Positions 40,601 through 53,257 of a stretch of DNA of 64,000 nt are shown one piece after another. A program made the position numbers and the translations under genes. Location: assembly GCA_965216315.1 (NCBI GenBank), contig CBDCFN010000016.1, forward strand, positions 1,472,001 through 1,536,000. Direction: 5' to 3'. The notes below the pieces were generated by a model. It worked only from the letters and a program-made list of their open reading frames with translations. It did no database searches and was not told where the DNA came from. Every line of letters begins with the position of its first letter. Position 1 is the stretch's first letter. Origin of the DNA: a bacterium (GTDB taxonomy: Bacteria > UBA10199 > 2-02-FULL-50-16 > JAJFLM01).

Positions 40601-43600
40601 GCTAATAGCCGACTCTCAGTAGGTGGAACTAGTGCCTTCATTGGCGATTACGAATACGACATTACGAATAAACTGGTCCGCAGCACCGATTGGGACATTA
40701 ATCATGAAAGTGTGACCGGCAACGTGCGTATAGCGGGCGGCAACATTGAAATCAGCGGTACTGACGGTAGTAACAAAGCCTCGGCTACCGCAATCGAACT
40801 ACAAGACGCTCAGGGCCTTGCCGTCATCAAAATAGATGCTGCTTCCAACCGTTTGGATATCGGAGCCGGCTCGACCTCCGTCGCCCCGGTCATCGCCACC
40901 CTGCCCGGTGGCATCACCTACGGCGATGCGGATCTCGACGGCACCATCGATTCCCCACTCGTCGATGAATTTGAACTGTTCCGTCAGGACCCGACGACGG
41001 GTGCCCGGACGCTCACTAACATCCGTATCGCAGCGCCTACCGTCGATGACCATGCGGCTACCAAGGCCTATGTTGACGGCATTCGTGGCATCCAAAACAT
41101 CGATGCCGTCGCACCCGTCATCGCCACGACTAATGGCAATGACGTCACCGTCTCACTGGATATCGACAACATTTCCCTGAACGCTCCCAACGGCAAGCTC
41201 CAAGTCGCACCCTTTGGCATCACCAATGCTTTAATAGCCGCCAGCGCCGTTACGAACGAGAAACTCAGCATAGCCCTGCAAGCCGAAGTTGCGCAAATCG
41301 CCGTGAACAAGGCCGATATTGCGACGAACCTGGCCAGCACGAATGCCAACGCTCTAGCGATTGCCGGCAACGATACGGACATTGCGGCTAACACCAGCGA
41401 AATAACCATCAACCGCAGTAGTATCCTGGCCAATACGGATAGCATCAATACAAATTCTCAAGATATCGGCACGGCTAACCAAAGAATTGACTCCAACGAA
41501 AATTTGATCGTCGGACTTGATTCACGGATGACTCTCGCCGAGAACGGCATCGCCTCCAACGATGCTGATATTGCTACCCTAAATACCAGTCAAGCCTCTC
41601 AAGATGTGACGATTGGCACCAATAGCCAGAATATTGCGAACAACTCGACTAGCATTGCTGCCAACACTGATAGCATCAATACCCTGACGACGGACCTCGA
41701 CCGTAAAGTGAATGTCACCGACGGCGTGATGGACACCATCGCGGTGGGAGGTGATCACTTAACCCACGATGCTGCAAATCGGATCTTCAATTTCGCTGAT
41801 GCAACCGGTGCTGTCGGTGTAAGCATCGATGGTTCACAAGGGTTCTTCAGGGCGGACGACTTCGCCTTGGGTGCCAACGGCCTTCTGTCCTATGATGAGA
41901 ACAATAACCGGATTGATCTGAGTGCACAAGGTGCCGCAGAGTACCTTGAGGTCTCGACGGGATCCAATGCCGGCACCGTCGGCGCGCGATTCGTTTCTGG
42001 CGGAAACACTGCGGACGTTGCTGCCAATCAAATCTGTATCAAAGCAGGTAGTGGAGGCGATGCATGTGGTAGCAATGTCCATACGCGCATATCACCATCG
42101 CAGTTTTACGTTCAAAATAATTTCGGCAATCAAGTGGATCTGCTTACGGTGAATAGTGGAGGCGTCATCCGATTCAACGTGAATAATCTCGGCGACGCGA
42201 CCGTCAGCAACGAGTTGATCACGGGCGGCGGCGTCCGTTTCGCGGACGGTACGGTGCAGACAACAGCTGCGACCGGCGATGTCACCCAGGCCGACCTCAC
42301 TGCGGCGGTCGGTGCTGAAACGACGGCACGGCAGACTGAAGACGCGGCCATTCGCCAAGAATTCGCGGATGCCGATACCCTCGTCCGTGCCGATTTTGCT
42401 ACGGCCGACACTTTGATCCGAACCGATGTCGATGCGAATAAAGTTCGCATCGATGCGAACGAACTCGCTATCGCAACCAAGATTAGCGCGACGGACACCA
42501 TCACTGCGGGTTCCCTCGAGGGCACTTATGCGGCCCCGACGGTCCGTGCTGCGGCCATCGGCACCAATGAACTGGATGCCTCGCAGGGTTTCTTCATGGC
42601 CGGCCTGGAAGTCTCCGATATCGCTTCGGCCAGCAAAGTCACCCTGTCACCGAGCGAAGCCACGATCGAACTAGGAGTGACCAAAGCGGGCTTCATCGTC
42701 GGCGCCGGCAGCGCACAGGCCTCCTTCACCGACGGCACGAATGATTCTGTGACCATTGACGCCAAACGCGTCGTCGCCGGCGGCAGCGTGACCAAGGCCA
42801 CCTTAGACTCGGCCTCAGGAACGGCCACCTTTGAGGACGGTTCCGGCATTGGGCCCGAACAGCCCTACGCCGAGATCGGCGCCAACAAACTCGAGATCAC
42901 CAGCACAGACCCGCAGTCCCTCTTCACGGAAGGAATCGTGCGCCTGGATGCCAAGAGAATGCTGATGGCGCGCAATTATGACGGCATCAACAGTGCGACG
43001 GCGATCGAGCTCAGCGCGGATGGCATGACGGGTATCAAGTTGCAAGGCCAAATTGAGACCGCGGCGATTGATGTTTCCAGTGTGACCGATTTAGCCGGAG
43101 CACCCGGGGTCGGCATGATCTACGGAGATACCAACATCACGGTGGGCACGGGCAACAACGAACGCACCTTCCTGGCCACGGAGCTCGCTTCAACCGGTTC
43201 CACGATCAGCACGGCCGAACTCGAAGATGGCGCCGTTACGGCTGCCAAGGTCGATGCCACCACCGTCGCAACCCGTGCCCAATTGACAACTGAATTAGAT
43301 GTTGAGCGGGCTCGCATCACGACCAATGAGGATACGAATGCCACTCAACAGACCAGTATCAATGCCAACACGGCAACGGCTTCTGCCAACGCATCTCTCA
43401 TTGTGGTCCACGACGGTCGCCTCACGACGAATGAAGCCGGCATCTTGGCCAACGCCAGCACGGGTTCCACCAACGCGACCAATATCGCGACGAACACGGC
43501 TGTCAGCGCTGATAACAGTTTACGGCTCGATACCGCTGAACCGGCGATCACGGCGAATACAACAGCCACGGCGACGAACGCCAGCGCCATCACTACCCTC

Positions 43601-45742
43601 GACGGGACCGTCACAACAAACACAAGTAATATCGCTACGAACGTGAGCGACATTAGCCGCAATGCGACGGATATCAGCACTAATACAGGCAATATCACGG
43701 CAAACACCGCAGCATTGGGCAATAAAGTCAACACCCTGGACGGCATCATGACCCAAGCCAACATCGCCAGTGGCACGCTGTCCGTTACTGCCGATAGAGT
43801 GGCCTATGGCCCCTCGACTTTTATGGAAGCCGGCAATCTCCAAATCAGGACCTCAACCAGTGACCTGGTGATTGACGACGGCACGAACACCGCGAGCCTG
43901 GCCGTCGGTGAGATAAACCTCTCGACCGGAACAGCGACTCCGACCAACATCCGCCTGAGCAGCAACTTCGGTGATTTGGACATCACACGTGGCACCGACA
44001 ATACGAGCATACAGGTTGGTCAAATTAGTCTTAGCTCCGCCAGCGGCACCGGTTTTAGCGCCAGCGGCGGCGGTTTCGCGAGTGTCAGCACTCAATTAAA
44101 CGTCGGCGACAGCAAAGGCGCACCAGGGACCTTGAGTGTTTCCGGTGATATTTCCGCCAGCGGCACCGACGTTTCTAACGTTTTTCAAACCACGATTGCA
44201 ACAGATGCCGACCTCTTGGGCGGTACGCGCTTTGAACTTAACAATGCGGCGGGCACTGCAAACACCGCCCAAGTCGTCGCTGTGTTTGAAAATTTAGATG
44301 ACCAACGGGCCGGAATCAATGACACCAATGCCATCGCCGCGTTCATTAACAGCGATCCGGATCGTAGCTCTGTCTCAGGAGACACCACCGGTATCTTTAT
44401 CGGGACTATTCCCGGCACGACCGGCGGCGGTTTTACCACCGGAATGGTCATTGAAAATGGTGTTGAGACAGCTATCCGCCTGCGACCAGAGCAGGAAGGT
44501 ATCGACATTGACGCAGAAGGTGTGACTCTTGATAGAGGCGTAACTGTCCGCGCCTCACAGGATCAACTAGGCAACAATGGCAGCGTGACACTGGCCTTCG
44601 ACGCGTCAGACGCGAACATAGGCACTGCATTCGACATCGGCAATAACGCCGTTCGCGTCCAGGGTCGCGACTTCACATCACAGGAAGTATTCGATGCCTT
44701 CGCCGGTGGTGGCGGTAGCAATCTGACCGCGACAGCACCCCTCAATTTGGATGCCAACGAAAATCTGACCCTTGCAACAGCAACCGGCCTGACAGTCAAC
44801 GCCTCGAATCAACTGATCGTTGATGCCGGCGCGGGCTTGTCTAACTTCGGTAATCAACTCGTAGTGTCCGGCGTCAACTCATCGATGATAGCGGATGGCA
44901 CGGTCTCACGCGCCGATTTGGATTCCGGGGTAAACAGCGAACTTAACCAGATCGCGCTCAACACTGCAGCGATCACTAACAAGGTCGACGGCAGCGGCAC
45001 GATCGGAAGCGTTCCCGTCTTTACCGAAGCCGGCAAGATCGGTGATTCCGTCTCGATCACGGAAAGCAACGGCTCGGTCTTTATCAATGGCGGCGCCCAA
45101 TTCGATGGGGGTGGCACACTCTTTATCAATAACGGCGCGAGCATCGCGGTGGGCCAAGACGGCTCGGGCGGACTCATTGAAGCACCGACAATCGTATCAC
45201 GCGGGAATATGACGACCGAGGGAACCCATGCCGTTTGGGGCACGTTGAATACCTCGAGCGGCCCCAATGGCCCTGCCACGATTGTCGTCGCCGATGTCGA
45301 TCAAGTCTGGCAAGGTCCCACACGTAGTTGGACTTCGCAGGACTTGGAAGATAAGATCTTTGATTCCGGCAATACGTCCTCGGTTGTCACCGTACTCGAC
45401 GATGGTGTCTCTCAGAGCCGTCCGGTCGCCTACTTAGCAGACGGCTCCAACTGGATTATTGTCGACTGTCAGGACGCTGACGGATGCGACATCGTCGCGC
45501 CCGACAATCCGTCAGTAGCCCTCGGGGCTGAACTGCGCATTACTTGTGAAACCTCCTCAAGAAGTGCCTCGTGTTTGATGCTGTCGGCACCTCCCGTCGG
45601 TGGCCCCGCCGGCGGCGATGTCCTCTTGATCGGTGGTTTTGATGTCACCTTGGGGCAATACGAATCCATCACCCTCAAGAGCTACAATAGAACCGGCGGT
45701 GACTGGATTGAGGTCTCCCGCGCAGTAGCAGGTCTGAATTAG
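28604..45742 (+). CDS. giant secreted trimeric fibre/adhesin-like protein (~5,700 aa)
   Basis: Uninterrupted 17-kb ORF; hydrophobic signal-like segment; collagen GxY tract; ATKx[11 protein letters not shown] connector motifs; N-rich coiled-coil stalks; GDITGV modules; ATG 28604 after GAGGGA. Confidence 0.85.
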   Translation: MRRKQLAPKARIPFIPLTDTIRRTGRIRAQRARFFVPALVAFVLTWLAPPLLSPSHAFSLIEVGEYVVQAVQTGEDGAVSQMSGNKYVDIVLENPHGDVVWTSDCKEEKFTTGVFPFNDQLPTDVLDNNPIMYMKIREYADIFCDLPVEKCEGKGSSKVCTNSESDPIKVSNAFRSASAHRADIAWGLNEVFTIFDPDRNKLLEVGLPRSATEDDLGKHLAIIDYMPGSTEDDPAMVTLGWVPGGGGSGGADVAAGRGITVTVDPVTGEQIISIDTQADLVGPDALAGRVSVTGEFQAPIYDTFNDLPSGTLDGALATTRYDDQGNHKLQLWHYDLINQGWTNAGTVGPQGPQGETGPQGPIGLTGPEGPQGPQGPQGIQGEQGIAGPAGPEGPQGPQGIQGEQGLQGEPGEPGVFTLAGTGLKSTVISPTESELSIDLAFDFADDVQNGILNAFTGNVAFNKTLKVPVYDTIANASAVEAGIAYAQDTKELYYNDGLAWKSVKDDGSGGNNINSITALAPLAATGDRDITLSLEFASGLSLDATGKLIVDTNLVALKADVTAAIDAARTEWQAADATTLATARTELAAGDAATLATARTEIAAGDAAVQAAADANASAIAVNVININSNATGIANNRIDIDLNKASITYLEQNALTLNTPAGGDMSGTMSDLQINAGAVGADEIDSTGDYTMGSLETTGDITANRVDAAGGEMVMQSVDFDLFLNAGDTHAVYGPPTVPNDIVIIKKEKSTGAFTPANIVVADGTDDRHAATVGQLKAIEQSAVSQADLDAAIQLEAQARIDADLSIRQDFAAGDAAALDAAKTYTDGEVSAARTALEAADAAEIAAREAADLQFATELSAETQLREQADLQFATELSAEVQARQTADLQFATDLSAEASTRAAADLQFATDLSAEADTRASADASHDATLADHETRISANESATSGAIREASNGLSTEIDANNTRTVILGGTLDRATAIEMGGNEITLEATSPTDSTFKLIAPDGNGGTLAALALPAYQNYISTDADGAQTEIARIGHGGLQVWDRNGNSIFQVHPDTGIVTVPAPTSDFTPATKKYVDDSVAGAGGGDITGVTAIAPWITGGGDVGDVSIGFNEQALDTRINTIVGIEKAEREAADLTLQAGIDDNTNRVSAVETRATAIEGNVTALQTSDAQQSLDISANRVSIDDNTNRISVTEAVNNAQDASITTNTVNIAANTGGIAANRLDIDTNKARIDANEAELQTKVGVDDTITGGDLEGTYGAPKIRASTEITMNDDQFIWNAGTRGTVTVDATQNRISTGIRVEGPSDSTTKFFEAQDAADPDKLAYMAPNLLVVKEKDATTGELDEITVTARRLAKSTTDGNGNIREDFSLEKDRLIYRDPTGGLLSEYRADGAKVGSTGLEFADGTVLTTAPPDAVAVQAGDDAVRAEFAAADVQLQTGIDANASAIATNIINIQSNATAIASNVNEININRTNITNNASEILIVKSDVSALDARATSLETRATALEAADVTFNARITNNEGDINVLDTRVGATEASIVGLDAQVTTNASRITAVELGKLDADFIFQGAITGTADATTITAGAVTPDKLDASARYTHGGLDITDGNTTTTVDIDRVEILRGPQTAAITLDGTAREIRLQADDGRRNIASATAIELVDDQGVSVFKVDATANRLDIGAGSTSVAPVIATLPGGITYGDTNLDGTIDSPLVDEFEMFYTDPNSGARVLAPIRVGSANGDLDRAATLRDVRAEVGQGGFGDITGVIADTGLIGGGLVGDVTLALDQAFLDNRINTAVAIEKAERETADATLQAGIDSNTNRVSAVEVRATDLETRATALEAADITFDARITNNEGDINVLDTRVGANEASIVGLDAEVTANTTAIAGHDTIITAHTTDIANLQAADTVFDTRISANATGVADNTAAIAGKLDQVQSSAQTLDQGGFGFTIRGDQAQTVLDPSGRLSIANIGSSGQDGVSIDVTQLGSASLDIGSSGQDGVDAFFRLYGDGSELFTVDGNAGFLRFGQRQGGTPLFAIDVTNDRFTVGASSLEIEPPLAVSSIKITPTDRNGDGKIDIADPIFFTTDDGTGNQAATAIAFGAPALDAQGNIIGESGVNWSSLQTELDSRFANSPFVTDTELQAEVTARQTEDAAIRQEYADADTLVRADFATADTLIRADFAAADAQLQSGIDSNTNRVSAVEVRATDLETRATVVETRSLDNETRSLANADNIQINTDNIAAARSDIDKNITDIAANVTAIDSVNTSVGALQTTVGVNQQNIANNSTSIAANTDAITTNATAIATNAADIATVQSGTLDSLDVAQGKMTYDSTNDVLKVRRRLEIADDLDTTTYAYDSLDRRIRIIGSSGQDGVRLGIGSSGEDGFLETSDANNNLASVTATAIELKDAQGLAVIKMDAASNRLDIGAGSTSVAPVIATLPGGITYGDGNLDGTIDTPLIDEFEMFYTDPNSGARVLAPIRVGSANGDLDRAATLRDVRAEVGAGGFGDITGVIADTGLIGGGLVGDVTLALDQAFLDNRINTAVAVEKAERETEDTAIRGEFAAADTQLQAASDANATAIAANVVNIQSNATAIATNVNDISLNRTDITNNTSEILIVKGDISTAQSDISALQAADITFDSRLGTAETSIVGLDSRMTLAENGITTNSGAITDLQGQVTSGISDSLDVAQGKMTYDSTNDVLKVRRRLEIADDLNTVTYAYDSLDRRSVYLDATGNDTVTIDGANKEVRLKNEDGKISIADPITLTYNDELGNLSARYGAAGIAIPSLLTADKATGIFEIALPAYSINTGATGANDPAIRKGIDIELGTDGKARLQYDGTTLDENGAPVSLDGTFGFVREDAQGNNSLVSIAVVGGTLQHHAVNKAQLDAVAAGSVTQSELDAAVAVETTARTSEDAAIRQEYADADTLVRADFAAADAQLQSGIDNNTTRVSAVEVRATDLEARATALEATDVGFNTRITANEGAIATNATNIAGHDTLITANTDAIAALDSNVTTDVLTARTSLDVASGEMNYANGRLFVGGTSAFVGDYEYNITDKLVRSTDWDINHESVTGNVRIAGGNIEISGTDGSNKASATAIELQDAQGLAVIKIDAASNRLDIGAGSTSVAPVIATLPGGITYGDGNLDGTIDTPLIDEFEMFYTDPNSGARVLAPIRVGSANGDLDRAATLRDVRAEVGAGGFGDITGVIADTGLIGGGLVGDVTLALDQAFLDNRINTAVAVEKAERETADANLQAGIDSNTTRVSAVEVRATDLETRATVVETRSLDNETRSLANADNIQINTDNIAAARSDIDKNITDIAANVTAIANNTTAINTNSQDIGTANQRIDSNENLIVGLDSRMTLAENGITANAGAITALQGEVTSGISDSLDVAQGKMTYDSTNDVLKVRRRLEIADDLNTVTYAYDSLDRRVRIVNPRGTDSITLDGINNQMSLAADDGSRGIVIPQFLQFLDAQGNINAEYGANRIAIPSLLTADIANGGAVQIAIPKLELATASQVRSVDFIWKDLDSSLDIMTRDDLGNDVYAKIRVASDANDPNSVVNVALLDTRVPPNANFVTDTELQAETDARTAADTTLQANIDTEASTRSSEDARIEAGYIAADTTISASVTSGDDAVRSEFQAADTTISASIASGDDDVRGEFAAEDTAIRQEFATADTLVRADIASGDDAVRGEFQAADALDVKITTGAMDDLDLAGIFTYDENNQNIVGLGSYIANDGLGNQSRVSATAIESSAANGSRGIVIPQFLKFEDAQGNLNAEYGYNGIAIPSLLTANVDNGGAVQIAIPKLELATASQVRSVDFIWKDLDSSLDIMTRDDLGNDVYAKIRVASDENDLNSAVSVSLLNTRVPPGANFVTDIELQAETDARTAADATLQANIDTEASTRTSEDARIEAGYIAADATINTRIDTEVNTLNQENEAQDAVIIQGDQTVLAAANDYTDTQVSTETAARIAADLDVVTNSLDVAGGELNYANSRLSVGGTSAFIGDYEYDITNKLVRSTDWDINHESVTGNVRIAGGNIEISGTDGSNKASATAIELQDAQGLAVIKIDAASNRLDIGAGSTSVAPVIATLPGGITYGDADLDGTIDSPLVDEFELFRQDPTTGARTLTNIRIAAPTVDDHAATKAYVDGIRGIQNIDAVAPVIATTNGNDVTVSLDIDNISLNAPNGKLQVAPFGITNALIAASAVTNEKLSIALQAEVAQIAVNKADIATNLASTNANALAIAGNDTDIAANTSEITINRSSILANTDSINTNSQDIGTANQRIDSNENLIVGLDSRMTLAENGIASNDADIATLNTSQASQDVTIGTNSQNIANNSTSIAANTDSINTLTTDLDRKVNVTDGVMDTIAVGGDHLTHDAANRIFNFADATGAVGVSIDGSQGFFRADDFALGANGLLSYDENNNRIDLSAQGAAEYLEVSTGSNAGTVGARFVSGGNTADVAANQICIKAGSGGDACGSNVHTRISPSQFYVQNNFGNQVDLLTVNSGGVIRFNVNNLGDATVSNELITGGGVRFADGTVQTTAATGDVTQADLTAAVGAETTARQTEDAAIRQEFADADTLVRADFATADTLIRTDVDANKVRIDANELAIATKISATDTITAGSLEGTYAAPTVRAAAIGTNELDASQGFFMAGLEVSDIASASKVTLSPSEATIELGVTKAGFIVGAGSAQASFTDGTNDSVTIDAKRVVAGGSVTKATLDSASGTATFEDGSGIGPEQPYAEIGANKLEITSTDPQSLFTEGIVRLDAKRMLMARNYDGINSATAIELSADGMTGIKLQGQIETAAIDVSSVTDLAGAPGVGMIYGDTNITVGTGNNERTFLATELASTGSTISTAELEDGAVTAAKVDATTVATRAQLTTELDVERARITTNEDTNATQQTSINANTATASANASLIVVHDGRLTTNEAGILANASTGSTNATNIATNTAVSADNSLRLDTAEPAITANTTATATNASAITTLDGTVTTNTSNIATNVSDISRNATDISTNTGNITANTAALGNKVNTLDGIMTQANIASGTLSVTADRVAYGPSTFMEAGNLQIRTSTSDLVIDDGTNTASLAVGEINLSTGTATPTNIRLSSNFGDLDITRGTDNTSIQVGQISLSSASGTGFSASGGGFASVSTQLNVGDSKGAPGTLSVSGDISASGTDVSNVFQTTIATDADLLGGTRFELNNAAGTANTAQVVAVFENLDDQRAGINDTNAIAAFINSDPDRSSVSGDTTGIFIGTIPGTTGGGFTTGMVIENGVETAIRLRPEQEGIDIDAEGVTLDRGVTVRASQDQLGNNGSVTLAFDASDANIGTAFDIGNNAVRVQGRDFTSQEVFDAFAGGGGSNLTATAPLNLDANENLTLATATGLTVNASNQLIVDAGAGLSNFGNQLVVSGVNSSMIADGTVSRADLDSGVNSELNQIALNTAAITNKVDGSGTIGSVPVFTEAGKIGDSVSITESNGSVFINGGAQFDGGGTLFINNGASIAVGQDGSGGLIEAPTIVSRGNMTTEGTHAVWGTLNTSSGPNGPATIVVADVDQVWQGPTRSWTSQDLEDKIFDSGNTSSVVTVLDDGVSQSRPVAYLADGSNWIIVDCQDADGCDIVAPDNPSVALGAELRITCETSSRSASCLMLSAPPVGGPAGGDVLLIGGFDVTLGQYESITLKSYNRTGGDWIEVSRAVAGLN
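29645..29845 (+). repeat. collagen-like Gly-X-Y repeat tract
   Basis: [16 protein letters not shown]... in the giant ORF. Confidence 0.9.
33560..41540 (+). repeat. interspersed near-identical intragenic module repeats
   Basis: Module A (ATAIE...EKAERET) ~33566, ~35810, ~37901, partial ~40784; module B (DVAQGK...YDSLDRR) 35573, 36671, 38792; module C ~38995, ~39892; module D 37688, 40571; module E ~35175, ~38383. Confidence 0.9.
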
Positions 45743-45756
45743 GCCATTCATTTTCA

Positions 45757-45787
45757 TGCAGGGGCGATCCTTGTGATCGCCCCTACA
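45757..45787. repeat. REP-like palindrome upstream of the RAYT
   Basis: TGCAGGGGCGATC-CTTGT-GATCGCCCCTACA (GTAG-type end). Confidence 0.75.
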
Positions 45788-45829
45788 TCATTCGCAACCC
45801 AATAACACCATCACGTCGATACCGCCCGA

Positions 45830-46396
45830 ATGCGCGATGAATTCGGCCGCCCGTATCGACGTTCGATCCGGTTAACGAAATACAATTACTCAATGACGGG
45901 GGCGTATTTTGTGACCATTTGCGCGTGGCAACGGGAACATATATTCGGTCGGGTCGTGGCCGGACAAACCCGATTAAATCAAAATGGAACCATCGTATCG
46001 GATTGTTGGCATGAATTATCGAATAAATTTAAAACGGTGATATTGGATGAAATGGTTATCATGCCAAATCATTTTCATGGAATTGTTTGGATTGATTCCC
46101 CCGTAGGGGCGACCCAACGGGTCGCCCGCCAATCATCGACCAATGATCGGGCGAGGCGATGCCTCGCCCCTACGGCGAATGGGCCAAAACCGGGTTCCTT
46201 GGGCGCCATCATCGGTCAATTCAAATCATTGGCCACAAAACGGATTAACGTTGTTCGCCACACACCCCATTTTCCGGTATGGCAACGCAATTATTACGAA
46301 CGCGTCATTCGCGATGACCGCGAATTAGCCGAGATTCGCCAATATATCCTGGATAATCCGTATCATTGGGATAACGGCCCGGGAAACATCTTGTAA
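45830..46396 (+). mobile_element. REP-associated tyrosine transposase (RAYT, Y1/HUH)
   Basis: RRSIRL...GAYFVTIC, IMPNHFHGI (HUH), SLGAIIGQFKS, WQRNYYERVIR, YILDNP; internal REP pair at 46103-46173. Confidence 0.92.
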
Positions 46397-46616
46397 TTAT
46401 TCAATTAATCAGCCTGCACGGTCCCGGAACATGGCCCTTTTCCCACTGATTTCTGCGCCCCAGTCTGTTATCATTAAATTTAGGCAGCTTAGGGAGGAGG
46501 TCCATGTCGTGCATCCCAATGTGGAGTGACGACGTGAATGCAATACCTCAAGTCAGCAGTACCCAACCAGTAATCACACGTCTCTCCGACCATCACCCTT
46601 TTTACGGAGAGACATC

Positions 46617-49600
46617 ATGGATACTCAATCTCATGTGCGTCTAGCGCGCTTTGTTGTTACCTCTCTTTTAACGTTTATTCTGACCTGGCTCGCGCCCCCG
46701 CTGCTTCACCTAGCCGATGCAAGTTCCGAAGGGGGTGACGGCCGATACGAAAACGGGGACAGCACGAACAATGACGATGATGTCTTTGAGATCCCGGGAC
46801 GAATGCGACTCGAGGTTCATATCCAGGCCATCAAGAAGAACGGCCAGCCGGTCAGCGGCCCCCGTCCAGCCCGCTATGACCTCTTCAATCCGGATACCGA
46901 TCAGTACTTAATGAGCGTCACGGACTGCGACGCCTTCTTTAATGTGGGTGATGCCTACATCCATTTTGACGAACCGGTCTCTCCGCGCCTGGCTCGCGAA
47001 TCACGCGTTGAGGTACACACCACGCTACTCGACAATGATTGTGCCACACCGCGACCGATCAAGATCCAACCTTACGAAATCGGCACGCGCATCTGGGCCC
47101 TCTTTGCCAAGCGCGCCGGCCGCGCGCGACTCGCCAAAATCGCCAAGGGTATTCGGCGCGACCAGCTCAAGGTCTATACGGCAGAGAATGAACTCGCCTA
47201 TTTGCTCAATCTGCCCTTTGAGGTCACGCCGGAAGACGAAGACCGTGTCTTGGGCGTGGTAATGGTCGATGATGATAATAATCCGGACACGCCTCCTATC
47301 GCCACGATCGAGTTTGTCGACTCCGACGGCAGCGGAGACATTACCGCAGTCTTGACCGAGGACGGTTCAGGCCTCATGGGCGGTGCCGAGAGCGGCGCCG
47401 TGAAGCTCCGACTAACCGATACCGGCATTACGCCCGGGACCTACGGTGCTGAAAACCTGGGCCAAGAAGTCGTTACCGTTCCGACAGTTACGGTAGATTC
47501 CCAAGGTCGTTTATTAGCTGCGGGTCAGTTCACCATTGATCGTGTCGGTCCGGCCGGCCCCCAAGGTGAACCGGGACCACAGGGTGAACCCGGTCCGGAA
47601 GGCCCGCAAGGCGAACCGGGTCCTATCGGTGAAACAGGTCCCGCCGGCCCCGAAGGTCCACAGGGTCCGGTCGGCCCAGCAGGACCCCAAGGACAGCCCG
47701 GTCCTCCAGGACCCGAAGGTCCGGAGGGACCTGCGGGTCAAGATGCCGACCTGAGCAATGTGCTCGCCGGTGACGGGGTCCGCATCGAGGACGGCAGTAT
47801 CGAAGGCACCATCATCGTCTCACTGGACCAGGCCTTTGATGCAACTTGGACGGGTTCCCAACGCTTTGAAACTGAACTGCGGGTGCCGCGCTCGGACCTC
47901 AGTGCTGATCCGAGCACTGGCGCCGGCTCCCTCGCATACAACGTGTTCGATAATCAGCCCTACTTTTTCAACGGGTCTCAATGGGCCACCTTAAAGGGCG
48001 AGCAAGGCATTCAAGGTGAAATTGGACCTCAAGGCATTCAGGGTGAAACCGGTCCGCAAGGTCCCGAAGGGCCGCAAGGACCTCAAGGCATTCAGGGTGA
48101 AACCGGTCCGCAAGGTCCCGAAGGGCCGCAAGGACCTCAAGGCATTCAGGGTGAAACCGGTCCGCAAGGTCCTGAAGGGCCGCAAGGAGAACAAGGACCA
48201 GCGGGAGTCATTGAACTCGTGACAGACGTCGGCATCGATGGTTCGCTCGCAGACGGAACGCTAACGCTCACTGTCGACACGGAATTCGATTTTGCCGACG
48301 ATGCCAATAACAACGTCTTCAACGCCTTTACGGGCCGGGTTCAATTCAACACGGCCGTGCGCGTCCCCCGCTTTGCCAACATGAGCGCGGCGGACACGAC
48401 ACTCGGTGCAGGCAGCGTGGCCTACTTCGAGGACAGTAATGAACTCTACTACCATGACGGTACTGCCTGGGTCTCCGTCAGCGATGCCGGTACCGGTGTC
48501 GGCGACATCGAGGCCGTTTTTGCCGGGTTTGGTTTAAGCGGCGGCGGATCAGCCGGCGAAGTCACGCTCGAGGTCGACACAACTTTGATTGCCACCAATC
48601 AATCCGTGATTGATGCCGTGGCCGCCGAGACCGCCCTGCGCGAAGCGGCGGATAGTGCCGAAATGCAGGCACGCATGGCCGCCGATCAGGCCAACGCCGA
48701 CGCGATTGCCGCGGAAACATCTGCGCGAATGGCCGCCGATGCAGGACTCGCCGCCGACATTGCCGCTGAAAGCGCGGCACGCATGGCGGCCGATACACAA
48801 TTTGCAAGCGACCTTGCCGCCGAACAGACCGCGCGTATCGCCGCCGATACGCAATTCGCGACCGACCTTGCCACCACGCAGGCCGAGGTCGCACTGAAGC
48901 TTGATGCAGCCGACGTCACCGCTTCCAATGGTCTGACGGCAACACCAAACAACGGCAGCGTTGATATCACCATGGGCGGAACGCTCAACCAGGCCCTGAC
49001 GACCATCGATATGGATTTCAATACACTCGCGTTTACCAATGCATTTCGCGTCGGCATCGGAACGGACACGCCACAAACCGGCCTGCATTTACGTAATGAG
49101 ACGGACGAGTATGTCCTGCGTGTCGAAGGAAACGGGTACTCGGAATTGGTCCTGACTTCATCGCCGGAAGGAGCAACGCTGCCGATCATTCCGGATAACG
49201 GCCTGCGCCTATCGGCCGGCAATCAGGCGACAATCTTCGAAAACATCGAACCCGTCGGTGGCGGCGACCCGGCCTTTATCTTCCGGCTTAAAGAAGCCGT
49301 TCCGCTCGCGACGCCTTTTGAGATCATGACGCTGAGCGATACCGGCCGCGTCGGCGTCCGTCTGCCTGACCCCCGCGCGGAACTGCACGTCCGCAACGAG
49401 ACCGACGAAGCCGTCTTGATGGTCGAAGGCAACGGCAGTGCCGAACTTGTCTTGACGACGCGCGGAGAAGGCGACCCCTTCGTAACTGTCGATGATGGTC
49501 TGAGAATCATCACCAATAACGGCGACCGCGTCCTCTTCCGGCGCATCGAGGACCTTACCGCCGATGTTGATGCCTTTGTGTTTCAGCGGCACAAGGTCGG

Positions 49601-52600
49601 TGGCCTTCCCTTTGAATTCGAAGACCTGATGGTCCTGGATGCCGGCGGCAATGTCGGTATCGGCACGAACACACCGACGGCGCGTTTGCAAGTCGTTGGC
49701 AATGCCATCGCCTTCGATCCCGTACTGCCCGAGCATTTAGCGACCAAGGCCTACGTGGATGCACAGACCGGCAGTGGCGGTAACTTGACCTTCACGGCGC
49801 CGCTCGTTGAGGCCGCTCAAGTCGTCAGCCTCAGCTTTGATGCGACCTTAGATGTCTCGTCCGGTAGCCTGGGCCTCGCTGACAATGCCGTGACCGGCTT
49901 GAAGATCCTCGACGGCAGTATTGCCAATGCTGATCTCGACCAACCGACACGAGACACCCTGACGCAGGTCGCGGTCAATACGTCACTCGCGAACGATGCC
50001 CAGACAACGGCGGATAACGCAGCGGCCGATGCCAGCGCGGCACTCGGTGCGACAGTCATCAATGCGGCCAATATTGCGGCCAATGCGACGCTTATCTCTG
50101 ACAATTCCGACGCGCTTGCCGTCAATACAACGGCCATTGGAGTTAATGCTGCCGACATTGCGACCAATGCGGCACGCATCACCGATAATTCCGATGCAAT
50201 TGTCGTCAATTCGACCGCAATCGGTGTGAATTCCGGCAATATCGCAACAAACTCGGCGCGCATCGACGATAATTCTGCCGCCATTACGGACAATACCTCC
50301 GCCATCGGCGTAAACGCGAGCAATATTGCGCTCATTGACGCGCAACTCGATACCAAGATCGGAGGCAGCGGGGCTGAAAACCGCGTTTCCGCTTTCGATG
50401 CCGCGGGTGACCTACGGGAAACCAGCATCACCGACGATGGCGGTGTCGTGAGCGTCGACGCGGGCATCTCCGTCGGAGTCGGCACGACCACGGTCGATCC
50501 CCTAGCGCAGTTGCAAGTCGAGAATGCCGGCAATGCCGTAATCAAGGTCAGGTCGACGGCGGTCGATAGCGCCGCGGCAACCCTATTAGAGCGCGCGGAC
50601 GGAGAATTTGCCTATTTCGCGGTGGGCTCACTGGAACCTACCGGCACGGCGATTATTTCGAGCAGCACGCCCTCTTCCGGTGTCGGCAGCGATGCACCCG
50701 CCATTCTACTGCGCACTAACGCCGATATTAGCGGCGGATCCGAAACAGATGTCTTGTCGATACTCGGTGACGGTCGCGTCGGGATTAATACGACCGGCCC
50801 CGACGCCCAGTTGGATGTCAATGGTGACATGCAAGTCACCAGCAATAGCAGTACCGGACGCGGCTTTCGACTCGATTATATGTTTGATAACGACGATCCG
50901 CTTGATATTGCGACAGTGGGTGCTCATCGCATTGACGTCACTCACGGAGCCTTCGCCACGAATGATAATCCCAAGGTCGGACTCGTCGTTTTTCGATCTG
51001 AAGATGATGTCACAACACCTCTCGGACCGGGCAGTCAAGTCGCCATCATCAATGCTGATTCCGATAAACAAGACTCGGGCTTGGTCATTACAAGTGCTAT
51101 TCCAGACGTCGCCGGTGGCTTCTTGGTCGACGGTGGCGGCTATGATACGGCGGTTCGCATCGCGACCGGATCCAGTCCGATGGACACAGCGATCAACATC
51201 GAAACCGACGGTACGGGCGTCATCGACAGAGGTGCCGTTTTTGCCGCTAGTAACGCCGACATCAACACAGGTATTTCCTTTCAGAGCCAAGTGTCCCGGG
51301 GTGGGCCCAGTGTCGTGATCGGTATCGACTTCCGAGAAACCACGACGGCCGCTCTTTTTAATCCCGGTAACTTGATTGCAGTTGACGGTAACCCGTCATT
51401 CACGGCGCAACAACTGGCTGATACCGTTTTCGGCGGTGGCAGTGGCGGCCTGACCTTTAATGCACCGCTCAATGAGATCGGCGGTTCCGTCACCTTTAAT
51501 ACAGGCCAAGGCCTGACACTGTCGGGACCCAACTTAACGACCGATAACGGACCGGGACTGACCTACTTCGGTAATCAGCTGACCTTGGCCATTGATGGTT
51601 CAGATATGTCCCTGGCCGGCGGTTCGCTAAGCATTGCCTCGGGTGGAGTCGGAGCTGACGAACTCCAAGACACCGCCGTATCAGCCGGTTCCTATTCAAT
51701 CGCTAATGTGACAGTCGATGCCGACGGCCGGATTACAGCCGCGAGCAACGGCATCAGCGGGAGCAGCAATGCACTGACCAAAATCGGAGCTGATGGCAGT
51801 TCGCTCATTGAATCCGGAGTCATCGAGGACGGAGCCAACCTCAACATAGGTGACAGTGCGCGCGTTGTTTTGGCAAACGGCAATATTGACACAGTAGGTA
51901 CTATTACTGCGGGCCAGCTCGACGTAAGCGGCGCCTCGACATTCGCTGCAACAGTCGATGTCGGAGATCAAATGCGCCTGGATGCTGCCACCGGCAACAT
52001 CAGCACGACGGCTACGCTATTAGCCGGCACCGTGGATGCCACTAATGAAGTCTGCATCAATGGCGATTGCCGGACCGCTTGGCCCTCCGGAGTCAGCGGA
52101 ATTAGCGGTAGCGGTACGACCAATGCCATACCCAAGTTCACCGCCGCGACGACTCTAGGTGACTCTCGCCTCTACGATGACGGTTCTCATGTAGGTATTG
52201 GTACAAACACGCCTGCAGTGACACTCGATGTTATCGATACGCAAACAAACGCCAGATTCCGCTCCACTGATCCAACCCGAAATGTCTCCTTAAATCTAGT
52301 TGATGCCGCAGGGAGTGAATTGACAATCTCGCATTCCGCAAATTCGACTATTTTCGATTTGGCCGCGAACGCCACGGTAACGAACAATACTTTGGCCTAC
52401 CAATTCAGCACTGATGCTGGACCGGAACTCCTAGCAATGACAGTGGGCGGCGACATCGGTATCGGTACGTTCAACCCGACGGCACGTTTAGAGGTTGCCA
52501 ATTCTACTTGGGATTCGGATCCATTGTTAATCACGGGCTTAAGCGACTCTTCCGTCGGTCCGACACTGCAGATTGATGCCAGAAACGGCAATGACGGCGA

Positions 52601-53075
52601 GTCGTATTCTATTATTTCGACCAATGACAGTGCTGGTGCCGGTGGTGGCAAACTGGCCTTCTACCAAGATATAAGTGGCGCATCCGGAAACTCCGGTTAT
52701 CGCATGGTGATCGATAATACCGGTGACGTCGGTATTGGGACGACGGATCCCACGGAGAAATTAGATGTGAATGGCCGCATTCGTGTCAGTGGAAACACGC
52801 CAACAGTTGGAACTTGTCCTTCAGCAACGATCAATGGTAGTGATACGGCATTTAATGTCTCAACGAGTAGTAGTACTGGTAGCAAGTGTCTTATCAACTT
52901 TTCACAACGGTTTAATTCAGCGCCCATTTGTACAATAACCGGCGTTGGCGGAGGTCCGAGCTTTATCCCTAAACTCGCAAGTTCTGGTACAAGCTCCATA
53001 GAGGTCATTAATGATTCGACAATCAGCACCAGCATGAACAGCCGCAACTTTAATGTCATTTGTTTGGCTAAATAA
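46617..53075 (+). CDS. large secreted tail-fibre-like adhesin (2152 aa), paralogue of the 28604 gene
   Basis: Shared LTWLAPPLL signal region; collagen tracts; G[NDR]VGIGTxxP fibre repeats; [15 protein letters not shown]. Confidence 0.87.
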   Translation: MDTQSHVRLARFVVTSLLTFILTWLAPPLLHLADASSEGGDGRYENGDSTNNDDDVFEIPGRMRLEVHIQAIKKNGQPVSGPRPARYDLFNPDTDQYLMSVTDCDAFFNVGDAYIHFDEPVSPRLARESRVEVHTTLLDNDCATPRPIKIQPYEIGTRIWALFAKRAGRARLAKIAKGIRRDQLKVYTAENELAYLLNLPFEVTPEDEDRVLGVVMVDDDNNPDTPPIATIEFVDSDGSGDITAVLTEDGSGLMGGAESGAVKLRLTDTGITPGTYGAENLGQEVVTVPTVTVDSQGRLLAAGQFTIDRVGPAGPQGEPGPQGEPGPEGPQGEPGPIGETGPAGPEGPQGPVGPAGPQGQPGPPGPEGPEGPAGQDADLSNVLAGDGVRIEDGSIEGTIIVSLDQAFDATWTGSQRFETELRVPRSDLSADPSTGAGSLAYNVFDNQPYFFNGSQWATLKGEQGIQGEIGPQGIQGETGPQGPEGPQGPQGIQGETGPQGPEGPQGPQGIQGETGPQGPEGPQGEQGPAGVIELVTDVGIDGSLADGTLTLTVDTEFDFADDANNNVFNAFTGRVQFNTAVRVPRFANMSAADTTLGAGSVAYFEDSNELYYHDGTAWVSVSDAGTGVGDIEAVFAGFGLSGGGSAGEVTLEVDTTLIATNQSVIDAVAAETALREAADSAEMQARMAADQANADAIAAETSARMAADAGLAADIAAESAARMAADTQFASDLAAEQTARIAADTQFATDLATTQAEVALKLDAADVTASNGLTATPNNGSVDITMGGTLNQALTTIDMDFNTLAFTNAFRVGIGTDTPQTGLHLRNETDEYVLRVEGNGYSELVLTSSPEGATLPIIPDNGLRLSAGNQATIFENIEPVGGGDPAFIFRLKEAVPLATPFEIMTLSDTGRVGVRLPDPRAELHVRNETDEAVLMVEGNGSAELVLTTRGEGDPFVTVDDGLRIITNNGDRVLFRRIEDLTADVDAFVFQRHKVGGLPFEFEDLMVLDAGGNVGIGTNTPTARLQVVGNAIAFDPVLPEHLATKAYVDAQTGSGGNLTFTAPLVEAAQVVSLSFDATLDVSSGSLGLADNAVTGLKILDGSIANADLDQPTRDTLTQVAVNTSLANDAQTTADNAAADASAALGATVINAANIAANATLISDNSDALAVNTTAIGVNAADIATNAARITDNSDAIVVNSTAIGVNSGNIATNSARIDDNSAAITDNTSAIGVNASNIALIDAQLDTKIGGSGAENRVSAFDAAGDLRETSITDDGGVVSVDAGISVGVGTTTVDPLAQLQVENAGNAVIKVRSTAVDSAAATLLERADGEFAYFAVGSLEPTGTAIISSSTPSSGVGSDAPAILLRTNADISGGSETDVLSILGDGRVGINTTGPDAQLDVNGDMQVTSNSSTGRGFRLDYMFDNDDPLDIATVGAHRIDVTHGAFATNDNPKVGLVVFRSEDDVTTPLGPGSQVAIINADSDKQDSGLVITSAIPDVAGGFLVDGGGYDTAVRIATGSSPMDTAINIETDGTGVIDRGAVFAASNADINTGISFQSQVSRGGPSVVIGIDFRETTTAALFNPGNLIAVDGNPSFTAQQLADTVFGGGSGGLTFNAPLNEIGGSVTFNTGQGLTLSGPNLTTDNGPGLTYFGNQLTLAIDGSDMSLAGGSLSIASGGVGADELQDTAVSAGSYSIANVTVDADGRITAASNGISGSSNALTKIGADGSSLIESGVIEDGANLNIGDSARVVLANGNIDTVGTITAGQLDVSGASTFAATVDVGDQMRLDAATGNISTTATLLAGTVDATNEVCINGDCRTAWPSGVSGISGSGTTNAIPKFTAATTLGDSRLYDDGSHVGIGTNTPAVTLDVIDTQTNARFRSTDPTRNVSLNLVDAAGSELTISHSANSTIFDLAANATVTNNTLAYQFSTDAGPELLAMTVGGDIGIGTFNPTARLEVANSTWDSDPLLITGLSDSSVGPTLQIDARNGNDGESYSIISTNDSAGAGGGKLAFYQDISGASGNSGYRMVIDNTGDVGIGTTDPTEKLDVNGRIRVSGNTPTVGTCPSATINGSDTAFNVSTSSSTGSKCLINFSQRFNSAPICTITGVGGGPSFIPKLASSGTSSIEVINDSTISTSMNSRNFNVICLAK
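48024..48185 (+). repeat. 3 x 54-bp tandem repeat (collagen [18 protein letters not shown])
   Basis: Units start at 48024, 48078 and 48132; one synonymous difference in the third. Confidence 0.9.
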
Positions 53076-53257
53076 TTGATAGATTAATTATCCAGTAAAC
53101 CAACTGGCATCCTAGTTCAAAAGGGCCTCGGCTACTATTAATCAATAGCCAGTGGGGCGCCATTCATGGCACCCCCATAATTTCCCCTTTGATTCATCAC
53201 CGAAATATGATAAAAATTACAAAAATTTACCGTAATTCCAAGCATTTGGGAGGCACT

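Noticed and set aside
33560..41540. Classical diversity-generating retroelement
   Set aside because: No reverse transcriptase in the window, and differences between repeats are not adenine-specific
28495..53059. Numerous antisense and alternate-frame ORFs over the two giant genes
   Set aside because: Expected shadows of strongly periodic GC-rich codon usage; no recognisable motifs or start signals
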